DNA of 37,777 nt from Nanobdellota archaeon (GCA_038044425.1 JBBTAB010000041.1:1-37777), one strand, 5' to 3'; positions 8,221-17,614 are shown, numbered from the stretch's first letter. Notes: generated from the letters alone by a model not told the origin. Numbers and translations: made by a program.

Positions 8221-9645
8221 TTATTGCCCGCAATTTACAGCTTCCCAAACAGAATATCCTTCTCCAAAATTTATATCAGGGTATCCGAGAGAGTAATCAA
8301 GCCTCACGTAACTTATATTATTTCCATCTAGGTAATCTGCAAAGGTTATGAGGAAACAACCAGTCTCCGCAGAGTTGCTGAAATTTGCATAATTACCTAT
8401 ATATCCATTTACAGCACTGCTCTTTGGAAGGTTGTTGCTATTAAAAAAGATATTAATCCAGGTAGAGTTAATTATTCCTGTATTCAGGGGGGGATTAAGG
8501 GCACACCCTCCTGCTCCGTTAGCAGTAAATCCTGGCTCACATACACACAATGCAGAGCATCCGTTAGGAAGAGGGGTTCCATCGCACTCTACACCAAAAT
8601 CTTCTGAATTTCCTTGCCAGGCTCCATCGCAAGAAGGTGGAGCAGGATTTGTACATTGTGAAGTATCATATTGACAACTTGAACTACAATCCAATTGCCC
8701 GCCAACAAAGCCCAGGGTAATACAACTTTGCCCTCCAAGATTACTGCTTCCATCACATTGTTCTCCTGCGTCGATTGCACCATCTCCGCAGAATCCAGCA
8801 GTTGTTGTACATTGACTTGTATCAAAGCCACAGTTATTACATAATAAAGGTCCCCCATCAAATCCCTGTGTCTGGCAAGTTTCTCCTCCAAGTTCTGGGT
8901 CATCACAAAATTCTCCAGAATCTATTACACCATTGAGATTGCATGAAGAAGGTGTTTCAATTATACATGTTGCTGAACATCCGTCTCCTGGAACAGTTCC
9001 ACCGTCATCACATTGTTCTCCAGGACCAACATTTCCATCACTACAGAAACCTCCTGCATCGGAACAATCAGCAGGACAGCTAACACTTTCTTCTACTTCA
9101 CAAATAAAATTCCCGCAAACAGGACCGCTGCCTTCTCCAGGAGGAAGATTTCCGCTTATAATTGCAGTATCAGTAGGATTTCCTGCTTTTTCTGTTCCAG
9201 ATGATGAATAAATAGGTGCAATAGAAACCTCATCCCCTGCGCTTATTCCTGAAATTTCTGTGGAGTTAAAAGTAAAAATTCTTTCTTCTAACTCTTCTAA
9301 GGCCACATTTCTTCTTACTACTAATATTTCTGTGGAGTTCGTAAATAAAAATTTCATTCCGATTAATTCACCACCGCCAGGATTTCTCTTTACTCCAACA
9401 ACAATATCTGTTCCAGAAACATATGCTGATTGTATTCTTAAATCAAAAGTAAATTGCCCTAATTCGATATTTCCTGCACCACCGGCAAGAATATTTCTGA
9501 TGACGACCCAAACCACCCCTACAGCAACCAGAACCAGTAATATAATAAGAAGGTTAGTTACAACCTCTGATAATCCTTTACGATCTTTTCTATAAAGATG
9601 ATAAAAGTGAACAGGTATTTTTTTCTTTTTACCTCTTTTGTGCAT
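8221..9645 (-). CDS. Archaeal type IV pilin-like (class III signal peptide) protein with cysteine-rich repeats; putative adhesin
   Basis: The N-terminus ...YRKDRKG/LSEVVTNLLIILLVLVAVGVVWVV resembles a prepilin-peptidase site followed by a hydrophobic helix. Residues about 177-381 are Cys-rich, with GEQCDDGG / GEFCDD / GEQCDG motifs and two tandem ~46-aa repeats ending DTSQC. Confidence 0.6.
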   Translation of the reverse strand: MHKRGKKKKIPVHFYHLYRKDRKGLSEVVTNLLIILLVLVAVGVVWVVIRNILAGGAGNIELGQFTFDLRIQSAYVSGTDIVVGVKRNPGGGELIGMKFLFTNSTEILVVRRNVALEELEERIFTFNSTEISGISAGDEVSIAPIYSSSGTEKAGNPTDTAIISGNLPPGEGSGPVCGNFICEVEESVSCPADCSDAGGFCSDGNVGPGEQCDDGGTVPGDGCSATCIIETPSSCNLNGVIDSGEFCDDPELGGETCQTQGFDGGPLLCNNCGFDTSQCTTTAGFCGDGAIDAGEQCDGSSNLGGQSCITLGFVGGQLDCSSSCQYDTSQCTNPAPPSCDGAWQGNSEDFGVECDGTPLPNGCSALCVCEPGFTANGAGGCALNPPLNTGIINSTWINIFFNSNNLPKSSAVNGYIGNYANFSNSAETGCFLITFADYLDGNNISYVRLDYSLGYPDINFGEGYSVWEAVNCGQ

Positions 9646-9675
9646 TGCTAAAAAAAGGTATAGTTATTTATAAAA

Positions 9676-9999
9676 TTAACCTGCTTGTTGCCCTGATGTT
9701 TCTGTTTGCTGGGTCTGTTGTTCTGGAACAATTGGAGCAAGATAAATGCTCTGATTTCCTAAATCTATCTGAACAAATCCGTTCTGTTGCAGTTGTGATA
9801 TAAAATTTGAAACACAAACATTATATCCTTCGACCTGTCTGTCAACGACATATCCCGTATATGCTGGTCTTAGAACAAAAGCATAAACAACTACGCCGGC
9901 AAGGATAACTATTACCAGAACAAGGATAGCTATCAGGATGTTTTTATTTGCCATGGGTAGATTAAAGAAAACCTCTTTAAAAGATTTGTGATGGTTCAA
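9676..9999 (-). CDS. Small single-pass membrane protein
   Basis: 107 aa. TM helix ILIAILVLVIVILAGVVVYAFVL and a Gln/Thr-rich C-terminus. Confidence 0.45.
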   Translation of the reverse strand: MNHHKSFKEVFFNLPMANKNILIAILVLVIVILAGVVVYAFVLRPAYTGYVVDRQVEGYNVCVSNFISQLQQNGFVQIDLGNQSIYLAPIVPEQQTQQTETSGQQAG

Positions 10000-10017
10000 T
10001 TGATATTATTGATATCG

Positions 10018-10752
10018 CTAATTTTCAGTTGTTATTTCAATAAGCGTTATTACATCTCTCCAGGAAACATCACCAGTCTTTCTGACAACCACTGAAATAA
10101 CGTCTCCGGCCTCAAAATTCACAACTTCTTTTGCCTGAACATCATAATCCTTTTTAACTCCTATCGAATCTGTGCTAAAAGTATTTCCAAAGCCTATCAT
10201 CTCACCATTCCTTAATACAATGATATCTATCTGTCCTGGATTGCCCTGTATTATTTCGAGGTTTGTAGATATGGCTGTTACGCTTCCATCCCTCATCATG
10301 ACATAACCCTTGGCTTCGCTGGTCTCAACTCCGGCAGAAGTCTCCAAAAACCAAGAGTCATTCATTATTCCCTGATGCCCAAAGTCCAGGAAATTTCTCT
10401 TATCCTGTGCAACTATCAAATCGCCCTGGGAGCGAAGCTTCTCGACAGAATAGGTTACGACATAAATCTTTTTGTCATTGCTCTTCTCTGAATAATTTAT
10501 CTCATAGATTGCAAGATTAGTGTCTCCGACATTTTCGATGGCAACTTCTTTTGGCAATTCATTAAAATCAACTTCTCTCACGCCAGTTATCTTTTCAGAA
10601 TCTATACCACGCTGCGATACAAATTCTCCGACATATCCCAAGACCTGCTCTCCGACAGTTCCAGAACCTTCCGCAATTTCAGCAGAAATTGCAATAGCTC
10701 CTATTGAAAGAACCAGTACAAAAACCAATATTCCAAAAAAAATTCTTTTCAT
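10018..10752 (-). CDS. Secreted or surface protein of unknown function
   Basis: 244 aa with a Sec-type signal peptide, MKRIFFGILVFVLVLSIGAIAISAEIA. Confidence 0.55.
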   Translation of the reverse strand: MKRIFFGILVFVLVLSIGAIAISAEIAEGSGTVGEQVLGYVGEFVSQRGIDSEKITGVREVDFNELPKEVAIENVGDTNLAIYEINYSEKSNDKKIYVVTYSVEKLRSQGDLIVAQDKRNFLDFGHQGIMNDSWFLETSAGVETSEAKGYVMMRDGSVTAISTNLEIIQGNPGQIDIIVLRNGEMIGFGNTFSTDSIGVKKDYDVQAKEVVNFEAGDVISVVVRKTGDVSWRDVITLIEITTEN

Positions 10753-10838
10753 CTTTTTTTACTTATTAAATAAAGCGCAGTTATATTTAAAGATTTCTTA
10801 ACCGCATAGTATTTAAAATAAAGCATATTTAAGAAGAA

Positions 10839-11129
10839 ATGCCTGCAAAAAAAGACAGAATAACAAAGGAAAAGATAGAGAAATATAGGGGTTTAACTTC
10901 AAGGGCCCTGAAAACTGCAAAAAGTGCAATAGCTAAAGGAAGAAAAAAGGATGCTGATGAAATAATAAAAATGGTTTCTAATTATCTCTCAGATTCAGGG
11001 TATTTTGAAAAAACAGGTGATTTCATAAACGCATTCGCAGCCATAAGCTATGCACATGGCTGGCTTGACTCAGGGGTAAGACTTGGTATTTTTAAGGTTA
11101 CAGATGACAAGCTTTTTACGATTAAGTAA
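10839..11129 (+). CDS. Small conserved archaeal protein (possibly DUF357-like)
   Basis: 96-aa helical ORF. The motif AFAAISYAHGWLDSGVRLG recalls DUF357-type proteins; this is from memory only and is not verified. Confidence 0.4.
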   Translation: MPAKKDRITKEKIEKYRGLTSRALKTAKSAIAKGRKKDADEIIKMVSNYLSDSGYFEKTGDFINAFAAISYAHGWLDSGVRLGIFKVTDDKLFTIK

Positions 11130-11259
11130 ATTTTTATGATTTAATTTTATTAGGATTAAACTATATAATAAATGCTGTAATCGTTAGACAGCCTATACTA
11201 AATAACAATCAAATAAATTATAAGACAAATTTTATAAACAATTTTCCCTTCTAATAACA

Positions 11260-11946
11260 ATGAAAAAGGTGATTGTTCTCAGTCTTGGCGGCAGTCTGAT
11301 TATTCCAGATGACATAAACCTTGGATTCCTGCAAAAATTCAAAAAAGTTATTTTAAAAAATACAAAAAACCACAAATTTCTGATAGTTTGCGGAGGCGGA
11401 AGCATTGCAAGAAAGTACATTTCTGCTCTTAAAAAAGCAGGACTTAATGAAGAATTTCAGAGTTTTTCAGGAATCTCAGCCACGAGAATGAATGCGAGAT
11501 TTATGAATTATTTTTTTGGTATTAATCCTGATCTTGGAATTCCCCATACTACAAAAACTCTTGAGCAGTATTCTGCCAAAAGAGATGTCATATTTTTCGG
11601 TGCCTTAGAATACAACCCAAAACAAACTTCTGACTCTACAGCAGCAGAAGTAGCCAGGAATTTCAAGACTATTTTTATAAATCTTACAAATGTTCCTGGC
11701 TTGTACAATAAAAATCCCCTAGAACATAAAGATGCGAAGTTCATTTCAAGAATAACGTGGAGAGATTTCCACAAAATGGCTCTTGGACTGCGATTCAAGC
11801 CCGGACAGCATTTTGTCCTTGACCAGACAGCTTCAGAGATAATAATGAAGCACAAAATTCCCACCTATATTTTAGGACAGGATTTAAAGCAGCTGGAAGC
11901 TGTCTTAAATAAAAAGGCGTTTAAAGGAACCTTGATTGAAGGATGA
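11260..11946 (+). CDS. pyrH: Uridylate (UMP) kinase, archaeal type
   Basis: 228 aa. Amino-acid-kinase fold signatures KVIVLSLGGSLI and LIVCGGGSIARKY, with size typical of archaeal PyrH. Confidence 0.75.
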   Translation: MKKVIVLSLGGSLIIPDDINLGFLQKFKKVILKNTKNHKFLIVCGGGSIARKYISALKKAGLNEEFQSFSGISATRMNARFMNYFFGINPDLGIPHTTKTLEQYSAKRDVIFFGALEYNPKQTSDSTAAEVARNFKTIFINLTNVPGLYNKNPLEHKDAKFISRITWRDFHKMALGLRFKPGQHFVLDQTASEIIMKHKIPTYILGQDLKQLEAVLNKKAFKGTLIEG

Positions 11947-12000
11947 ATTATAAAAATAGGCTTACCCAATTTTTATAAATACTTCTTGTTTCTTTAAAGA

Positions 12001-12459
12001 ATGGATTATTTATTAGTTTCAGGGAAAGATTTTAATGAAATAAGAAGAAAAATAAGGGAAAAACATGGTAAGGAAGTTGTTTTTACCAGCAATGATGATG
12101 ATCTCGCAAGAAAAATTCTTGAAAAAGAAACCATAAAAGTTTTATTGATAAATCAAGCTGGTAGGAAAGACAGACTTAAACAGAGAAACTCAGGGTTTAA
12201 TCAGGTCTTTGCGAAATTAGCAAAGAAAAAACAGGTTTCTGTAGGTATTAATTTAGATGAACTTCTGGAAGCTGGTTTGGAAGAAAAAGCAGAAATCCTT
12301 GCAAGAATTACACAAAACATCGAACTTTGTAAAAAGAATAAATTAAAGATTGTCTTCTTTACTCGCGAAGAAAGAAACCAATATGATTTAAAAGCTCTCG
12401 GACTTGTCTTAGGAATGCCAACCTGGATGACAAGAGATGCGGGGGTAGCAAGATATTAA
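12001..12459 (+). CDS. RNase P protein component 3 (Rpp30-like), short form
   Basis: The C-terminal two thirds (GRKDRLKQRNSGFNQVFAKLAKKKQVSVGINLDELL...LKIVFFTREERNQYDLKALGLVLGM) follow the pattern of the C-terminal half of archaeal Rpp30 as I recall it. At 152 aa it is shorter than typical. Confidence 0.5.
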   Translation: MDYLLVSGKDFNEIRRKIREKHGKEVVFTSNDDDLARKILEKETIKVLLINQAGRKDRLKQRNSGFNQVFAKLAKKKQVSVGINLDELLEAGLEEKAEILARITQNIELCKKNKLKIVFFTREERNQYDLKALGLVLGMPTWMTRDAGVARY

Positions 12460-12460
12460 T

Positions 12461-12955
12461 ATGGATAAAAAAGAAGCAGAAAGAATTTCAAGTTCTATAA
12501 TTAATATTCTAAAAAGAAATTACTTGCTAACCCTATCAACTTCAAAAAATAATAAGCCCTATTCAAATACTGCTTTTTACGCATTTGATAAAAACATGGG
12601 TTTATATATCTGGAGTGAAGAAGAAAGCGTACACTCGGAAAATTTGAAGAAGAACAAAAGAGTAGCGATTAATATATTTGATTCCAGGCAAAAATTGGGC
12701 TCTTTACTTCAGGGCTTGCAGGCAACAGGAACGGCTAATATAGTTGATAGAAGGGAATTGATTAATGCTGGCATGCTCTATATTAAAAGATTTCCAAAAA
12801 CTATGAAATTAGTAAAAAACCCTAATGATTTTCATAGCAAATTATTTGAATCCAGAATATACAAGATTAACCTGGAAGAAATAAAGGTTTTTGATGAAAA
12901 AACTTTCGGGAAAGGGGGCTCAAGAAAGATATCTCTAAAATGGAAACAAACATAA
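12461..12955 (+). CDS. Pyridoxamine 5'-phosphate oxidase-like FMN-binding protein (probable)
   Basis: 164 aa. The N-terminal pattern LLTLSTSKNNKPYSNTAFYAFD...RVAINIFD is typical of split-barrel PNPOx-like proteins. It overlaps the pheS start by 16 nt. Confidence 0.45.
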   Translation: MDKKEAERISSSIINILKRNYLLTLSTSKNNKPYSNTAFYAFDKNMGLYIWSEEESVHSENLKKNKRVAINIFDSRQKLGSLLQGLQATGTANIVDRRELINAGMLYIKRFPKTMKLVKNPNDFHSKLFESRIYKINLEEIKVFDEKTFGKGGSRKISLKWKQT

Positions 12956-14460
12956 ACAGAATCCTTGAATCATTAAGCCCTAACGAAAGAAAAATTCTTC
13001 CTCATTTGGAAGAAAAAAATCTCATAGATATCTGCAAGAAATCAAATCTTGACAAAACTTCTGTCCTCAGGTCTTTGGAATACCTGAAAAATAAAGGCCT
13101 TGTTAATTTGGTATCCAAGGAAAAGAAGATAGTTGATGTAGGGGTTAATGGTGCATTATATAGAAAAAAAGGACTTCCAGAAAGAAGGCTGTTAAATCTT
13201 CTGAATGAAAAGAGAATTATCAGGCTTGAAGATGCCTTGAAGCAAAGCGGTTTGTCAGAAGAAGAATTTAAGGCTTCAATTGGGGTTTTGAAAAAAAAAT
13301 CCCTCATAGAGCTGAAGAATGAAAAAATAATTTTAGGTGCAAAAAAAGAAGAAATTTCCAAAAAAAGCCTTGAAGAAATTTTCCTGGAATCCCTTCCCCT
13401 AGAATATAATTCTTTAAGCAGCGAGCAACAGTATTCTCTAAAATCTCTGGAGAAGAGGAGAAATATAATTGAAATAATAAATGAAAAAGTAATAGAAATT
13501 AAAGCCACGGGGCTTGGAAAAAAGATCATGGGCTCAGGAATAAAGAGCCAGGATTTGATAGAGCAGATAACTCCGGAAGTATTGAAAAAAGATTCTTCAT
13601 GGCGGAACAAGAAGTTCAGGAGATATGACATTAGTCTGCCTGTATCAAAAATAAGCGGGGGAAAAAGACATTTTGTAAATCAGGCAATAGACAATGCGAG
13701 AGCTTTATGGGCACAGATGGGTTTCAAAGAGATGTCTGGAAATCTTCTTGTAAGTTCTTTCTGGAATTTCGATTCTTTATTCACTGCTCAGGACCATCCT
13801 GTGAGGGACATGCAGGATACTTTCTTTATAGACATGAAAACTAGTTTGCCGGATAAAAAAATAGTAAAAGCTGTAAAAGAAAGCCATGAGGCTGGGATCC
13901 CAGGCAGCATTGGCTGGAATTATTCCTGGAATGAAGAAGAAGCAAAAAAACTTGTTTTGAGAACACATACTACCTGCCTTTCTTCCCAGACACTTGCAAC
14001 ACTGGATTCAAAAAAACTTCCAGCAAAATTCTTCGCCATAGGAAAATGTTTCAGGAATGAAACAGTAGATTGGTCCCATAACTTTGAGTTCAATCAGACA
14101 GAGGGAATTGTCGTGGATCCAAGGGCTAATTTCAGGCATCTTCTCGGATATTTGAAAGCTTTTTTCGCAAAGATGGGATTTGAAAAAGTAAGATTCAGGC
14201 CTGGTTATTTCCCATATACAGAGCCAAGCGTTGAAATAGAGGCATGGATTCCAGAAAGAAAAGTTTGGCTTGAGCTTGGGGGGGCAGGAATTTTCAGGCC
14301 AGAAGTCGTAGTTCCCCTGCTTGGAAAAAATATCCCTGTGCTTGCATGGGGGCCTGGCTTTGACAGGATAATCATGGATTACTATGATATTAAAGACCTC
14401 AGGGACTTTTATAAAAACGATATAAATCAATTAAGAAAAATGAAGTTTTGGATGAAATAA
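12940..14460 (+). CDS. pheS: Phenylalanine--tRNA ligase alpha subunit (archaeal type)
   Basis: 506 aa. N-terminal winged-helix repeats, then a class II core with motifs FFAIGKCFRNE, GWIELGGAGIFRPEV-like (WLELGGAGIFRPEV) and WGPGFDRI. Confidence 0.9.
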   Translation: METNINRILESLSPNERKILPHLEEKNLIDICKKSNLDKTSVLRSLEYLKNKGLVNLVSKEKKIVDVGVNGALYRKKGLPERRLLNLLNEKRIIRLEDALKQSGLSEEEFKASIGVLKKKSLIELKNEKIILGAKKEEISKKSLEEIFLESLPLEYNSLSSEQQYSLKSLEKRRNIIEIINEKVIEIKATGLGKKIMGSGIKSQDLIEQITPEVLKKDSSWRNKKFRRYDISLPVSKISGGKRHFVNQAIDNARALWAQMGFKEMSGNLLVSSFWNFDSLFTAQDHPVRDMQDTFFIDMKTSLPDKKIVKAVKESHEAGIPGSIGWNYSWNEEEAKKLVLRTHTTCLSSQTLATLDSKKLPAKFFAIGKCFRNETVDWSHNFEFNQTEGIVVDPRANFRHLLGYLKAFFAKMGFEKVRFRPGYFPYTEPSVEIEAWIPERKVWLELGGAGIFRPEVVVPLLGKNIPVLAWGPGFDRIIMDYYDIKDLRDFYKNDINQLRKMKFWMK

Positions 14461-14461
14461 A

Positions 14462-15223
14462 ATGGAAATAATAATTTTGGGCTCTGGAACATTTATACCA
14501 GAGTTAAATAGAAATTGTTCAAGTTATCTAATTGAAATAGGAAAAGAGAAAATAATTTTTGATTTTGGAAGGGGGACGATTGATAGCTTATTGAAACTAA
14601 AAATTAATCTCTATGATTTAAAAACAATTTTTATATCCCATATGCATACCGACCATTCCTCTGAGCTATCTTCTTTTATATCTTTCATTATTGATAATCC
14701 AGACAAAAATAAATTAAAAGGAACCTACTTTATTTATGGTGCTAAAGGAATTAAAAGGAGAATAAATAAACTATTAGAAGCATTTGATATGGGTAATCAT
14801 AAAAATCTTAATAGAATTAAAATAGTAGAAATTTCTGCTAATAAAAAAATAGAAAATAAATATTGGGTTGTGAATTGCTTTAATGCTAAACATAATCCTA
14901 AAGGAGAATGTCTATCATATCGTTTAACCAGTGACGGGAAAACTATCTTTTACTCTGGTGATTCAGCATATTCTAAAAATCTAATTTTGGGATGTAAAAA
15001 TGCCGATTTAGCCATATTAGAAGCTACTCTCCCAAAAAGATGGAATTCAAAATGGCATATGGATGGACAAGAAGCAGGAAAAATAGCTCAAAGGGGTTCG
15101 GTTAAAAACTTACTTTTATCCCATATAGCTAATACTTATTTGCAAGAAGTGATACAAGATTTAAAAAAATCATATAAGGGTGAATTTGCTATAGCTAAAG
15201 ATTTAATGAGGATAAAAATATAA
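14462..15223 (+). CDS. MBL-fold metallo-hydrolase (RNase Z/BN-like family)
   Basis: 253 aa. Canonical HxHxDH motif ISHMHTDHSSE and a later HMDG... region. It starts 2 nt after the pheS stop. Confidence 0.75.
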   Translation: MEIIILGSGTFIPELNRNCSSYLIEIGKEKIIFDFGRGTIDSLLKLKINLYDLKTIFISHMHTDHSSELSSFISFIIDNPDKNKLKGTYFIYGAKGIKRRINKLLEAFDMGNHKNLNRIKIVEISANKKIENKYWVVNCFNAKHNPKGECLSYRLTSDGKTIFYSGDSAYSKNLILGCKNADLAILEATLPKRWNSKWHMDGQEAGKIAQRGSVKNLLLSHIANTYLQEVIQDLKKSYKGEFAIAKDLMRIKI

Positions 15224-15229
15224 TTAAAA

Positions 15230-15634
15230 ATGAAAAATTGTATATTTTGCAAAATCATCAAAGGAGAAATTCCAGCAGAAAAGCTGTACGAGAATAATGA
15301 TTTTCTTGTTATCTTGGATGCTTTCCCTGTTCTAAAAGGACAGGTTCTTGTTCTGACAAAAAAGCATATTTCTCCTTATGTTTTTGATTTGGATAATGGC
15401 ACATATTCCAGATTTATGCTTTTAGCTAAAAAATTTGCTAAAATTCTGGACAAGAGTTTTAACCCAATAAAAACAGGGATGATTGTAGAGGGTTTAGAAG
15501 TCCCGCACACACATATAAAACTTTTGCCTTTAATGAAAAAAGAGGGATATGGTCTAAAAACAATTGAGCCTCCCCCATCTAAAGAAAGTTTAAACAAAGA
15601 CGCCCAAAAAATAAAGGAGAATATAATAACATAA
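15230..15634 (+). CDS. HIT-family nucleotide hydrolase/transferase with a variant histidine triad
   Basis: N-terminal CIFCKIIKGEIPAEKLYENNDFLVILDAFP is typical of HIT proteins. The triad region reads VPHTHIKLLP (H-x-H-x-K rather than H-x-H-x-H). Confidence 0.8.
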   Translation: MKNCIFCKIIKGEIPAEKLYENNDFLVILDAFPVLKGQVLVLTKKHISPYVFDLDNGTYSRFMLLAKKFAKILDKSFNPIKTGMIVEGLEVPHTHIKLLPLMKKEGYGLKTIEPPPSKESLNKDAQKIKENIIT

Positions 15635-15641
15635 AAATAAA

Positions 15642-17294
15642 ATGGCAATTGTAACCTTCAGCAAAAAACAATTTGAAAAAGATGTTGGTTCTCTGGATGA
15701 AAAAATGAAATCCCTGATTTCAATGTTCGGAACCCCTGTAGAAAGAGAGGAAGAAAAAGAAATCAGCGTAGAAGTTTTCCCTAATCGCCCGGATTTGCTT
15801 TCATACAATGGATTCAAAAGAAGTTTCCTTGCTTTCTTGGGTAAAAAAACAGGTCTTCAGTCATATAAAGTGAACGAACCTGAAGAAAACTACCGGGTGA
15901 TTGTAGATTCTTCTGTTAAGGATATAAGACCATATACAGCATGCGCCATTATTCGTGGCTTGGCTTTGGATGATGAAAAAATAAAAGAGATAATTGAAAT
16001 GCAGGAAAGACTGCATGCCACAATAGGAAGAAAAAGAAAAAAGGCCGCGATAGGGATATATCCTTTAGAAAAGATAGAGCTTCCGATAACATTTAAGGCT
16101 TTAGAACCAGATAAGATAAAATTCATCCCTCTTGATATGGAGCGTGAACTTTCAGGTCTTGAAATTCTCCAAAGACATCCTGCGGGAAAAGAATATTCTC
16201 AATTGCTTGCAGGAAAAGTAAAGTTTCCTATATTCATTGATGCAAAAGAGCAGATTCTTAGCATGCCTCCGATAATCAATTCTCAGCTTACTGGAAAAAT
16301 CACAAGTGAAACAAAAGACATCTTTATTGAATGCTCTGGCTCTGACCTGGGAATTCTAAAAATATGTCTTAATATAATTGTCACTTGTATGGCAGATATG
16401 GGCGGGAAAATTTATCAGATGGAGCTTGTACGGGGGGGAATCAGAGCTAAGGAAATAACCCCTGACCTTACTCCAAGGATAATGAAAATTTCCCTGGAAA
16501 ATACTAACAAGCTCTTGGGGATAAGCCTTAACGAAAGGCAAATTAAAGAACTCCTTGAAAAAATGGGTTATGATTATAAGAATAAGATTGTTGAAATCCC
16601 TGCATGGAGAGCAGATATTTTACATGAAGTTGATCTCATAGAAGACATAGCAATTGCATATGGTTATGAAAACTTTATCCCTGAGATTCCAGAAATATCC
16701 ACTATAGGGGTGGAAGATTCAAAAGAAAAAATGAAGAAAAATCTTGCCTGGATCCTGGCAGGTCTTGGTTTTTTAGAAGCCTCAAGTTATCATCTAACCA
16801 ACAAAAAGAACCAGATAGAAAACATGGGTCTTTCTGAAAAAGAGAAAATAATAGAGGTAGAAGAATCAAAGACAGAGTATTCTGTTTTAAGAAAAGATAT
16901 AAGTCATTCGTTATTGAGAATTTTTTCAGAAAATGTTGATTCTGAATATCCCCAGAAAATATTTGAAATAGGAAGGGTTTTCCAGAATTCTCCTGAAAAA
17001 ATAATCGAGGAAGATGCCCTGGCCTTAGCCATAGCTCCAGGAAATTTCACAGAAGTAAAACAAGTCTTGGAATATCTTTTCAGGATGCTATCCCTGGAAG
17101 TTTCTTTCAATGAACCTATAGCAAAGCCTCCATGGTTCATAGAGGGAAGAACAGCTGAAATTTCTTTAAATGGAAAAATAATTGGATTCACGGGGGAAAT
17201 TCATCCAAAGATTCTTAAAAACTGGAAGATAAAAATGCCAGTAGCCCTTTTTGAAATAAGCTTGGGAGAGATTTTTAATGAATTGATGAAGTAG
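15642..17294 (+). CDS. pheT: Phenylalanine--tRNA ligase beta subunit (archaeal type)
   Basis: 550 aa. EVFPNRPDLLS motif, B3/4- and B5-like regions and a C-terminal class-II-like fold. Size and layout match archaeal PheT. Confidence 0.9.
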   Translation: MAIVTFSKKQFEKDVGSLDEKMKSLISMFGTPVEREEEKEISVEVFPNRPDLLSYNGFKRSFLAFLGKKTGLQSYKVNEPEENYRVIVDSSVKDIRPYTACAIIRGLALDDEKIKEIIEMQERLHATIGRKRKKAAIGIYPLEKIELPITFKALEPDKIKFIPLDMERELSGLEILQRHPAGKEYSQLLAGKVKFPIFIDAKEQILSMPPIINSQLTGKITSETKDIFIECSGSDLGILKICLNIIVTCMADMGGKIYQMELVRGGIRAKEITPDLTPRIMKISLENTNKLLGISLNERQIKELLEKMGYDYKNKIVEIPAWRADILHEVDLIEDIAIAYGYENFIPEIPEISTIGVEDSKEKMKKNLAWILAGLGFLEASSYHLTNKKNQIENMGLSEKEKIIEVEESKTEYSVLRKDISHSLLRIFSENVDSEYPQKIFEIGRVFQNSPEKIIEEDALALAIAPGNFTEVKQVLEYLFRMLSLEVSFNEPIAKPPWFIEGRTAEISLNGKIIGFTGEIHPKILKNWKIKMPVALFEISLGEIFNELMK

Positions 17295-17299
17295 AATTA

Positions 17300-17614
17300 T
17301 CAGGTAACAGCAGGAGTTTGAGTTAACTGAAAGTAAAACTCTTTTCCTTTATTGCTCAGACAATAACTTTCAGTACCAGCAACCATTACTGAGCCTACAA
17401 AACCACCAGCACATAGTCTCAAAAGAATATCTTCATCAAATCTATCTTTTACCCCAATAGCATATGGGCTATGCCAATTATTTCTTGTTTCTTGTGGCAA
17501 TTTGCTTAATCTTTCAAGAAGAATAATTGCCTTATTTAAAAATACATCCGGACAAAGTAATTTTCTAAGTTCTTCTCTAGGTTCTCTATCTCCAGTCATA
17601 AAAACAAATAGCAT
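17300..17614 (-). CDS. Hypothetical protein
   Basis: 104-aa ORF convergent with pheT. No recognisable motif. Confidence 0.4.
   Translation of the reverse strand: MLFVFMTGDREPREELRKLLCPDVFLNKAIILLERLSKLPQETRNNWHSPYAIGVKDRFDEDILLRLCAGGFVGSVMVAGTESYCLSNKGKEFYFQLTQTPAVT

Noticed and set aside
8221-8470. The Asn/Tyr-rich C-terminus of the Cys-rich surface protein, as a possible diversity-generating retroelement variable region.
   Set aside because: There is no reverse transcriptase ORF in the window, and I could find no template-repeat copy of this segment.
8432-9595. Several plus-strand ORFs (8432..8674, 8933..9211, 9013..9204, 9260..9595) and the off-frame minus-strand ORF 8589..8906, all overlapping the Cys-rich surface-protein gene.
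   Set aside because: All lie inside a 474-aa ORF with coherent signal peptide and repeat architecture. Their translations are Pro/Ser-rich with no motifs.
13002-13631. A 209-aa minus-strand ORF antisense to pheS. Similar antisense ORFs occur at 14008..14430, 29218..29595, 11508..11864 and 3247..3558.
   Set aside because: These are Phe/Ser/Leu-rich low-complexity translations, typical of the antisense of Lys/Glu-rich AT-rich genes. Each lies wholly inside a confidently identified gene.
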